Shown piece after piece: positions 27,164 through 35,073 of a stretch of 36,787 nucleotides of DNA. Positions within the stretch are counted from its first letter, which is position 1, and the number at the start of each line of letters is the position of its first letter. The position numbers and the translations under genes are program-made. The notes under the pieces are model-generated. The model did not search any database. It was not told where the DNA came from and saw nothing but the letters and a program-made list of their open reading frames with translations. The DNA is from a virus (lineage: Duplodnaviria; Heunggongvirae; Uroviricota; Caudoviricetes), in the IMG/VR virus record IMGVR_UViG_2541047684_000007, one strand, 5' to 3'.

Positions 27164-28752
27164 AACGAACGCCTGTCCTGATTGATGTGAACGGCGTTCC
27201 GCTTCGTGAGAGTCTCAGCTACAACGGGGGCGGTGCAGGATTTGGCGGGCAAATGGCTGAGTGGTTGCCACCGGCGCAGAGTGCCGATGCGGCCCTGCTG
27301 CCCGCGTTGCGTCTGGGGAATGCCCGGGCAGATGATCTGGTGCGCAATAACGGGATAGCGGCTAATGCGGTGGCCCTGCATAAGGATCATATTGTCGGGC
27401 ATATGTTTCTGATCAGCTACCGTCCGAACTGGCGCTGGCTGGGGATGCGGGAGACTGCGGCAAAAAGTTTTGTCGATGAGGTGGAGGCGGCCTGGTCGGA
27501 ATACGCCGAAGGGATGTTTGGCGAGATCGACGTGGAAGGGAAACGCACGTTTACGGAATTTATCCGTGAAGGTGTGGGCGTTCATGCGTTTAACGGCGAA
27601 ATCTTTGTGCAGCCGGTCTGGGATACGGAAACCACGCAGTTATTCCGTACGCGTTTTAAAGCCGTGAGTCCGAAACGGGTGGACACGCCTGGACACGGTA
27701 TGGGGAACCGTTTTCTGCGGGCCGGTGTGGAGGTCGATCGATATGGCCGTGCCGTCGCGTACCATATCTGTGAGGATGATTTTCCGTTCTCTGGTAGTGG
27801 ACGATGGGAACGGATCCCGCGTGAACTTCCCACCGGGCGTCCGGCCATGCTGCATATTTTCGAGCCGGTGGAGGACGGGCAGACCCGTGGGGCTAATCAG
27901 TTTTACAGCGTCATGGAACGGCTGAAGATGCTCGATTCCCTGCAGGCAACACAGCTTCAGTCGGCCATAGTGAAGGCGATGTATGCAGCGACGATTGAAA
28001 GTGAACTTGATACCGAAAAGGCCTTTGAATATATCGCCGGCGCGCCACAGGAGCAGAAGGATAATCCGCTTATTAATATTCTGGAGAAGTTCTCCAGCTG
28101 GTATGACACGAATAACGTGACACTGGGCGGTGTCAAAATTCCGCACCTTTTCCCTGGTGATGATCTGAAACTACAGACAGCGCAGGATTCAGACAATGGA
28201 TTTTCTGCGCTTGAACAGGCGCTGCTGCGGTATATCGCCGCCGGTCTTGGCGTTTCCTACGAACAGTTGTCCCGTGATTACTCGAAGGTCAGTTACTCAA
28301 GTGCCCGCGCCTCCGCCAATGAGTCGTGGCGCTATTTTATGGGGCGGCGAAAATTTATTGCGTCCCGGCTGGCCACGCAGATGTTTTCCTGCTGGCTGGA
28401 AGAGGCACTTCTTCGGGGGATTATTCGTCCGCCACGGGCACGTTTTGATTTTTATCAGGCGCGATCAGCCTGGTCACGGGCAGAGTGGATTGGTGCCGGA
28501 AGAATGGCCATTGACGGGCTCAAGGAGGTTCAGGAATCAGTGATGCGCATTGAGGCCGGACTGAGCACGTATGAGAAAGAGCTGGCGCTGATGGGCGAGG
28601 ATTATCAGGACATTTTCCGCCAGCAGGTCAGGGAATCTGCTGAGCGGCAAAAAGCCGGACTCTCACGTCCGGTGTGGATAGAGCAGGCGTATCAGCAGCA
28701 GATAGCGGAGAGTCGCAGGCCGGAAGAGGAGACAACACCACGTGAGACGTAA
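27160..28752 (+). CDS. B: Portal protein B (intact)
   Basis: 530 aa from MKRTPVLIDVNGVPLRESLSYNGGGAGFGGQMAEWLPP..., a lambda-family portal. Confidence 0.9.
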   Translation: MKRTPVLIDVNGVPLRESLSYNGGGAGFGGQMAEWLPPAQSADAALLPALRLGNARADDLVRNNGIAANAVALHKDHIVGHMFLISYRPNWRWLGMRETAAKSFVDEVEAAWSEYAEGMFGEIDVEGKRTFTEFIREGVGVHAFNGEIFVQPVWDTETTQLFRTRFKAVSPKRVDTPGHGMGNRFLRAGVEVDRYGRAVAYHICEDDFPFSGSGRWERIPRELPTGRPAMLHIFEPVEDGQTRGANQFYSVMERLKMLDSLQATQLQSAIVKAMYAATIESELDTEKAFEYIAGAPQEQKDNPLINILEKFSSWYDTNNVTLGGVKIPHLFPGDDLKLQTAQDSDNGFSALEQALLRYIAAGLGVSYEQLSRDYSKVSYSSARASANESWRYFMGRRKFIASRLATQMFSCWLEEALLRGIIRPPRARFDFYQARSAWSRAEWIGAGRMAIDGLKEVQESVMRIEAGLSTYEKELALMGEDYQDIFRQQVRESAERQKAGLSRPVWIEQAYQQQIAESRRPEEETTPRET

Positions 28753-30247
28753 TCTTTCACACATTATTGCCGCAGCATTCAATGAACCGCTGCTTCTGGA
28801 GCCCGCCTATGCGCGGGTTTTCTTTTGCGCGCTCGGGCGCGAGATGGGGGCAGCAAGTCTTTCGGTACCACAACAGCAGGTACAGTTTGATGCTCCCGGA
28901 ATGCTGGCTGAAACGGACGAGTACATGGCCGGAGGTAAACGACCGGCCCGTGTTTACCGGGTGGTGAACGGTATTGCTGTACTGCCGGTGACCGGCACGC
29001 TGGTGCACCGGCTGGGGGGGATGCGGCCATTTTCCGGAATGACAGGCTATGACGGCATTGTCGCCTGTCTTCAGCAGGCAATGGCGGATAGCCAGGTGCG
29101 GGGCGTACTGCTGGACATTGACAGTCCGGGCGGGCAGGCCGCCGGCGCGTTTGACTGCGCTGACATGATTTACCGCCTCCGTCAGCAGAAGCCGGTCTGG
29201 GCACTGTGCAATGACACGGCCTGTTCTGCAGCCATGCTGCTGGCGTCGGCCTGCTCCCGACGGCTGGTTACCCAGACATCCCGTATCGGCTCCATTGGCG
29301 TGATGATGAGCCATGTCAGCTATGCCGGTCATCTGGCGCAGGCCGGTGTGGATATCACGCTGATTTACTCAGGGGCGCACAAGGTGGATGGCAATCAGTT
29401 TGAAGCGTTGCCGGCAGAGGTTCGCCAGGACATGCAGCAGCGGATTGATGCGGCGCGCCGGATGTTTGCCGAAAAAGTGGCGATGTATACCGGTCTGTCT
29501 GTTGATGCCGTCACGGGAACAGAGGCTGCCGTTTTTGAAGGTCAGTCCGGCATTGAGGCCGGGCTGGCGGATGAATTAATCAATGCGTCGGATGCCATCA
29601 GTGTGATGGCCACGGCGCTGAACAGTAATGTCAGAGGAGGCACTATGCCGCAATTAACTGCAACGGAAGCCGCCGCGCAGGAGAACCAGCGAGTGATGGG
29701 GAGCCTGACATGCCAGGAAGCGAAAGGACGTGAACAGCTTGCCACGATGCTGGCAGGACAACAGGGCATGAGCGTTGAACAGGCCCGGGCGATTCTGGCC
29801 GCGGCGGCACCGCAGCAGCCGGTGGCATCCACGCAGAGTGAAGCCGATCGCATTATGGCGTGTGAAGAAGCGAACGGTCGTGAACAACTGGCGGCAACGC
29901 TGGCGGCGATGCCGGAGATGACGGTGGAAAAAGCCCGCCCGATCCTGGCTGCTTCACCGCAGGCGGATGCCGGACCATCACTCCGTGATCAGATCATGGC
30001 ACTGGATGAGGCAAAAGGGGCTGAGGCGCAGGCTGAACAGCTGGCTGCCTGCCCGGGAATGACAGTGGAGAGCGCCCGGGCTGTGCTGGCTGCGGGATCA
30101 GGTAAGGCAGAACCGGTCTCTGCATCCACAACCGCCATGTTTGAACATTTCATGGCGAACCATTCACCGGCAGCGGTACAGGGTGGCGTGGCACAGACGT
30201 CAGCAGACGGTGATGCGGACGTGAAAATGCTCATGGCCATGCCATGA
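28742..30247 (+). CDS. C: Head maturation protease C (S49/ClpP-like), with nested Nu3-type scaffold region
   Basis: 501 aa. N-terminal two-thirds homologous to lambda gpC (AFNEPLLLEPAYARVFFCAL...GIAVLPVTGTLV...WALCNDTACSAA...GSIGVMMSH...). C-terminal region carries three tandem ~45-aa repeats. Confidence 0.9.
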   Translation: MRRNLSHIIAAAFNEPLLLEPAYARVFFCALGREMGAASLSVPQQQVQFDAPGMLAETDEYMAGGKRPARVYRVVNGIAVLPVTGTLVHRLGGMRPFSGMTGYDGIVACLQQAMADSQVRGVLLDIDSPGGQAAGAFDCADMIYRLRQQKPVWALCNDTACSAAMLLASACSRRLVTQTSRIGSIGVMMSHVSYAGHLAQAGVDITLIYSGAHKVDGNQFEALPAEVRQDMQQRIDAARRMFAEKVAMYTGLSVDAVTGTEAAVFEGQSGIEAGLADELINASDAISVMATALNSNVRGGTMPQLTATEAAAQENQRVMGSLTCQEAKGREQLATMLAGQQGMSVEQARAILAAAAPQQPVASTQSEADRIMACEEANGREQLAATLAAMPEMTVEKARPILAASPQADAGPSLRDQIMALDEAKGAEAQAEQLAACPGMTVESARAVLAAGSGKAEPVSASTTAMFEHFMANHSPAAVQGGVAQTSADGDADVKMLMAMP

Positions 30248-30283
30248 AGTCAGTGCTGACCATCAATAGGAGGTTTTTACAAT

Positions 30284-30631
30284 ATGGTGACGAAAACCAT
30301 CACTGAACAGCGTGCGGAAGTACGTATTTTTGCCGGTAATGATCCGGCTCATACCGCCACAGGCAGCAGCGGGATTTCCTCGCCAACACCGGCACTGACG
30401 CCCCTGATGCTGGATGAAGCCACCGGGAAACTGGTGGTCTGGGACGGACAGAAAGCCGGTAGTGCGGTTGGCATACTGGTACTGCCGCTTGAAGGCACAG
30501 AGACGGCGCTGACGTATTACAAGTCGGGAACCTTTGCGACGGAGGCAATCCACTGGCCTGAAAGTGTGGATGAACACAAAAAGGCCAACGCCTTTGCTGG
30601 CAGTGCCCTGAGTCACGCGGCGCTGCCGTAA
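30284..30631 (+). CDS. D: Head decoration protein D
   Basis: 115 aa, homologous to lambda gpD (DPAHTATG...TPLMLD...KLVVWDG...YYKSGTF...). Strong SD AGGAGG. Confidence 0.9.
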   Translation: MVTKTITEQRAEVRIFAGNDPAHTATGSSGISSPTPALTPLMLDEATGKLVVWDGQKAGSAVGILVLPLEGTETALTYYKSGTFATEAIHWPESVDEHKKANAFAGSALSHAALP

Positions 30632-30688
30632 CACGTTATCAGGCCACCGCGGTGGCCTGACTGATTTCTGAATGAAAGGAACTGATTT

Positions 30689-31717
30689 ATGGGATTGTTT
30701 ACGACCCGCCAGTTACTCGGTTATACCGAACAAAAAGTTAAATTTCGTGCGCTGTTTCTGGAGCTGTTTTTCCGCCGTACGGTGAATTTCCATACCGAAG
30801 AGGTGATGCTGGACAAAATTACCGGAAAAACGCCGGTGGCGGCCTATGTCTCCCCGGTTGTTGAAGGAAAAGTGCTGCGTCATCGTGGTGGTGAAACCCG
30901 CGTGTTGCGTCCGGGCTACGTCAAGCCGAAACACGAATTTAATTACCAGCAGGCGGTTGAGCGCCTTCCTGGTGAAGATCCATCTCAACTGAATGATCCG
31001 GCTTACCGCCGTCTGCGTATCATTACCGATAACCTCAAACAGGAAGAGCACGCGATTGTCCAGGTGGAAGAAATGCAGGCGGTAAATGCTGTGTTGTATG
31101 GCAAATACACCATGGAAGGAGACCAGTTCGAGAAAATTGAGGTCGATTTTGGCAGGTCGACGAAGAATAACATCACTCAGGGTAGTGGTAAGGAGTGGTC
31201 AAAACAGGATCGTGACACGTTCGATCCTACACATGATATTGACCTCTACTGCGACCTGGCCAGCGGTCTTGTGAATATTGCCATTATGGACGGTACCGTC
31301 TGGCGTCTTCTGAATGGTTTTAAGCTGTTCCGCGAAAAACTGGATACCCGTCGCGGTTCAAATTCTCAACTCGAAACGGCAGTGAAAGATCTGGGCGCAG
31401 TGGTGTCCTTCAAGGGGTATTACGGCGATCTGGCCATTGTGGTGGCGAAAACGTCTTATATAGCAGAAGACGGTATCGAAAAACGTTATCTTCCAGATGG
31501 CATGCTGGTTCTGGGGAATACTGCTGCAGATGGGATCCGTTGTTACGGTGCCATTCAGGATGCTCAGGCGTTGTCCGAAGGTGTGGTGGCCTCTTCCCGT
31601 TATCCGAAACACTGGCTGACGGTAGGGGATCCCGCCCGTGAATTTACCATGACGCAGTCCGCGCCGCTGATGGTGTTGCCGGACCCGGATGAGTTTGTGG
31701 TGGTACAGGTGAAATAA
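30689..31717 (+). CDS. E: Major capsid protein E
   Basis: 342 aa, homologous throughout to lambda gpE (LFLELFFR..., PGYVKPKHE..., IVQVEEMQAVNAVLYGKYTM..., KLDTRRGSNSQLETAVKDLG..., GDPAREFTMTQSAPLMVLPDPDEF). Confidence 0.95.
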   Translation: MGLFTTRQLLGYTEQKVKFRALFLELFFRRTVNFHTEEVMLDKITGKTPVAAYVSPVVEGKVLRHRGGETRVLRPGYVKPKHEFNYQQAVERLPGEDPSQLNDPAYRRLRIITDNLKQEEHAIVQVEEMQAVNAVLYGKYTMEGDQFEKIEVDFGRSTKNNITQGSGKEWSKQDRDTFDPTHDIDLYCDLASGLVNIAIMDGTVWRLLNGFKLFREKLDTRRGSNSQLETAVKDLGAVVSFKGYYGDLAIVVAKTSYIAEDGIEKRYLPDGMLVLGNTAADGIRCYGAIQDAQALSEGVVASSRYPKHWLTVGDPAREFTMTQSAPLMVLPDPDEFVVVQVK

Positions 31718-31768
31718 TCCGTGAGCGGGGGCGAAATGCCCCCGTGTCTTTTTTCACAGGGGGCTGAT

Positions 31769-32143
31769 ATGGCAACGAAAGAGCAAAATCTGAAACGGCT
31801 TGATGAACTGGCCCTGATTCTGGGGCGTGAGCCGGATATATCCGGGAGTGCCGCAGAGATAGCGCAGCGGGTGGCAGAATGGGAAGAGGAAATGCAGTCA
31901 TCCGGCGATGATGTACAGGTTATGAATATGGATATCCGGGAGCGGGAAACCGCGGCTCATGATGTTCGTGAGGAAACATCCGGCGCGTTAACGCGCATCA
32001 GAGTTCTGACCTGCCTCCATCTCTGTGGCGTTGATGGTGAAACGGGGGAATCCGTTGAGCTTGCGGATGTTGGTCGGGTGATTCTGATTATGTCCTCAGA
32101 TGCAAAAACACACGTTGATGGTGGAATGGCTGTTTATGCGTGA
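31769..32143 (+). CDS. FI: DNA packaging protein FI
   Basis: About 124 aa from the ATG at 31769, in the FI position between E and FII. Acidic, as expected for FI; sequence diverged from lambda FI. Confidence 0.7.
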   Translation: MATKEQNLKRLDELALILGREPDISGSAAEIAQRVAEWEEEMQSSGDDVQVMNMDIRERETAAHDVREETSGALTRIRVLTCLHLCGVDGETGESVELADVGRVILIMSSDAKTHVDGGMAVYA

Positions 32144-32489
32144 TTTTCAGAATGCCTTTGATGCCGCCCTTGCCGGGGTGGACAGTACGATTGTTGAAGT
32201 GATGGGCATCAGTGCGCAGTTCACCTCCGGTGCACAGCGTGGCGGCGAGGTTCATGGCGTTTTTGACGATCCGGAGTCGCTGGGTTTTGCCAGTAGTGGG
32301 ATCCGTATTGAAGGAAGTAACCCGTCATTATTTGTGCTTACGGATACGGTTTGTGCTGTACGGCGTGGTGACACGCTGACCATTAACGGCGAGATGTTCT
32401 GGGTGGACCGTGTTTCTCCGGATGACGGAGGGAGTTGTTATCTCTGGCTCAACCGGGGGCAACCACCTGCCGCCAGCCGTCGCCGCTGA
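32136..32489 (+). CDS. FII: Head-tail connector protein FII
   Basis: 117 aa from MRDFQNAFDAAL..., homologous to lambda FII (MADFDNLFDAAI...GVFDDPE...SLFV.TD...RRGDTLTI....FWVDRVSPDDGGSC.LWL). Confidence 0.85.
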   Translation: MRDFQNAFDAALAGVDSTIVEVMGISAQFTSGAQRGGEVHGVFDDPESLGFASSGIRIEGSNPSLFVLTDTVCAVRRGDTLTINGEMFWVDRVSPDDGGSCYLWLNRGQPPAASRRR

Positions 32490-32500
32490 AAGGGGGATGT

Positions 32501-33079
32501 ATGGCCATAAAAGGTCTTGAGCAGGCCGTTGAAAACCTCAGCCGTATCAGCAAAACGGCAGTGCCTGGTGCCGCCGCAATGGCCATTAACCGCGTTGCTT
32601 CATCCGCGATATCGCAGTCGGCGTCACTGGTTGCCCGTGAGACAAAGGTACGCCGGAAACTGGTAAAGGAAAGGGCCAGGCTGAAAAGGGCCACGGTCAA
32701 AAATCCGCAGGCCAGAATCAAAGTTAACCGGGGGGATTTGCCCGTAATCAGGCTGGGTAATGCGCGGGTTGTCCTTTCGCGCCGCAGGCGTCGTAAAAAG
32801 GGGCAGCGTTCATCCCTGAAAGGTGGCGGCAGCGTGCTTGTGGTGGGTAACCGTCGTATTCCCGGCGCGTTTATTCAGCAACTGAAAAATGGCCGCTGGC
32901 ATGTCATGCAGCGTGTGGCCGGGAAAAACCGTTACCCCATTGATGTGGTGAAAATTCCGATGGCGGTGCCGCTGACCACGGCGTTTAAACAGAATATTGA
33001 GCGGATACGGCGTGAGCGTCTTCCGAAAGAGCTGGGCTATGCGCTGCAGCATCAACTGAGGATGGTAATAAAGCGATGA
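32501..33079 (+). CDS. Z: Tail completion protein Z
   Basis: 192 aa from the ATG at 32501, in the lambda Z position; basic protein. Confidence 0.8.
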   Translation: MAIKGLEQAVENLSRISKTAVPGAAAMAINRVASSAISQSASLVARETKVRRKLVKERARLKRATVKNPQARIKVNRGDLPVIRLGNARVVLSRRRRRKKGQRSSLKGGGSVLVVGNRRIPGAFIQQLKNGRWHVMQRVAGKNRYPIDVVKIPMAVPLTTAFKQNIERIRRERLPKELGYALQHQLRMVIKR

Positions 33080-33471
33080 AACATACTGAATTCCGTGCAG
33101 CCGTACTGGATGCACTGGAAAAACATGACACCGAGGCGACGCTTTTTGATGGTCGCCCCGCTGTTTTTGATGAGGCGGATTTTCCGGCAATTGCCGTTTA
33201 TCTCACCGGCGCTGAATACACGGGCGAAGAGCTGGACAGCGATACCTGGCAGGCGGAGCTGCATATTGAAGTTTTCCTGCCTGCTCAGGTGCCGGATTCA
33301 GAGCTGGATTCGTGGATGGAAAGCCGGATTTATCCGGCGATGAGCGATATCCCGGCACTGTCAGATTTGATCACCAGTATGGTGGCCAGTGGCTATGACT
33401 ACCGGCGCGACGATGATGCGGGCCTGTGGAGTTCAGCCGATCTGACTTATGTCATTACCTATGAAATGTGA
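33076..33471 (+). CDS. U: Tail terminator protein U
   Basis: 131 aa, ATGA overlap with the Z stop, in the lambda U position. Confidence 0.85.
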   Translation: MKHTEFRAAVLDALEKHDTEATLFDGRPAVFDEADFPAIAVYLTGAEYTGEELDSDTWQAELHIEVFLPAQVPDSELDSWMESRIYPAMSDIPALSDLITSMVASGYDYRRDDDAGLWSSADLTYVITYEM

Positions 33472-33478
33472 GGACGAT

Positions 33479-34219
33479 ATGCCAACACCAAATCCTCTGG
33501 CACCGGTGAAAGGGGCCGGAACCACACTGTGGGTTTATAACGGGAGCGGCGACCCTTATGCAAACCCGCTTTCAGACAATGACTGGTCGCGTCTGGCAAA
33601 AATTAAAGACCTGACGCCCGGCGAACTGACCGCTGAGTCCTATGACGACAGTTATCTCGATGATGAAGATGCGGACTGGACCGCGACCGGGCAGGGGCAG
33701 AAATCCGCCGGAGATACCAGCTTCACGCTGGCGTGGATGCCCGGAGAGCAGGGGCAGCAGGCGCTGCTGGCGTGGTTTAATGAAGGTGATACCCGTGCCT
33801 ATAAAATCCGCTTCCCGAACGGCACGGTCGATGTGTTCCGTGGCTGGGTCAGCAGTATCGGTAAGGCGGTGACGGCGAAGGAAGTGATCACCCGTACGGT
33901 GAAGGTCACCAATGTGGGCCGTCCGTCAATGGCAGAAGATCGCAGTACGGTGACGGCGGCAACCGGTATGACCGTGACGCCTGCCAGCTCCTCGGTGGTG
34001 AAAGGGCAGAGCACCACGCTGACCGTGGCCTTCCAGCCGGAGGGCGCAACTGACAAGAGCTTCCGTGCGGTGTCAGCGGATAAAACAAAAGCCACCGTGT
34101 CGGTCAGTGGTATGACCATCACCGTGAACGGCGTTGCTGCAGGCAAGGTCAACATTCCGGTTGTATCCGGTAATGGTGAACTTGCTGCGGTTGCAGAAAT
34201 CACTGTCACCGACAGTTAA
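33479..34219 (+). CDS. V: Major tail tube protein V (with C-terminal Ig-like domain)
   Basis: 246 aa from [20 protein letters not shown]..., near-identical to lambda gpV. Confidence 0.95.
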   Translation: MPTPNPLAPVKGAGTTLWVYNGSGDPYANPLSDNDWSRLAKIKDLTPGELTAESYDDSYLDDEDADWTATGQGQKSAGDTSFTLAWMPGEQGQQALLAWFNEGDTRAYKIRFPNGTVDVFRGWVSSIGKAVTAKEVITRTVKVTNVGRPSMAEDRSTVTAATGMTVTPASSSVVKGQSTTLTVAFQPEGATDKSFRAVSADKTKATVSVSGMTITVNGVAAGKVNIPVVSGNGELAAVAEITVTDS

Positions 34220-34234
34220 TCCGGAGAGTCAGCG

Positions 34235-34657
34235 ATGTTCCTGAAAACCGAATCATTTGAACATAACGGCGTGACCGTCACGCTTTCTGAACTGTCAGCC
34301 CTGCAGCGTATTGAGCATCTCGCCCTGATGAAACAGCAGGCAGAACAGGCGGAGTCAGACAGCAACCGGCAGGTTACTGTGGAAGACGCCATCAGAACCG
34401 GTGCTTTTGTGGTGGCGATGTCCCTGTGGCATAACCATCCGCAGAAGACAAAGCAGCCTTCCATGAATGAAGCCGTTAAACAGATTGAGCAGGAAGTGCT
34501 TACCACCTGGCCCGCGGAGGCAATTTCTCATGCTGAAAACGTGGTGTACCGGCTGTCCGGTATGTATGGGTTTGTGGTGAATGATGCCCCTGACCAGGCA
34601 GAGGACTCCGGGCCTGCAGAGCCTGTTTCTGCGGGAAAGTGTTCGACGGTGAGCTGA
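34235..34657 (+). CDS. G: Tail assembly chaperone G
   Basis: 140 aa, lambda gpG-like. Slippery heptamer GGGAAAG at 34633-34639 near the 3' end. Confidence 0.85.
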   Translation: MFLKTESFEHNGVTVTLSELSALQRIEHLALMKQQAEQAESDSNRQVTVEDAIRTGAFVVAMSLWHNHPQKTKQPSMNEAVKQIEQEVLTTWPAEAISHAENVVYRLSGMYGFVVNDAPDQAEDSGPAEPVSAGKCSTVS

Positions 34658-35073
34658 GTTTTGCCCTGAAACTGGCGCGAGAGATGGGGCGACCTGACTG
34701 GCGCGCCATGCTTGCCGGGATGTCATCCACGGAGTATGCCGACTGGCACCGCTTTTACAGTACCCATTATTTTCATGATGTTCTGCTGGATATGCACTTT
34801 TCCGGGCTGACGTACACTGTGCTCAGCCTGTTTTTCAGCGATCCGGATATGCATCCGCTGGATTTCAGTTTGCTGAACCGGCGTGAGGATGACGAAGAGC
34901 CTGAAGATGATGTGCTGATGCAGAAAGCGGCAGGGCTTACCGGAGGCGTCCGCTTTGACCCGGACGGAAATGAAGTTATCCCCGCTTCCCCGGATATGGC
35001 GGGCATGACGGAGGATGACGTAATGCTGATGACAGTATCAGAAGGGATCGCAGGAGGAGTCCGGTATGGCTGA
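34235..35073 (+). CDS. T: Tail assembly chaperone G-T fusion, via -1 programmed ribosomal frameshift at G GGA AAG
   Basis: Zero-frame codons GGA AAG at 34634-34639. The -1 frame continues as VFDGELSFALKLAREMGRPDW... to the stop at 35071-35073, the same arrangement as lambda G/GT. Confidence 0.75.

Larger units (their letters stand above)
24168..28191 (+). repeat. Imperfect tandem direct duplication, 2 x 2,012 bp (copy 1 24168-26179, copy 2 26180-28191)
   Basis: Six-frame ORFs repeat with a 2,012-bp offset (for example 24214..24429 and 26226..26441 are identical; 24945..25151 matches 26957..27163). Copies differ by scattered substitutions. Junction at about 26179/26180 with 1-nt microhomology. 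Confidence 0.8.
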
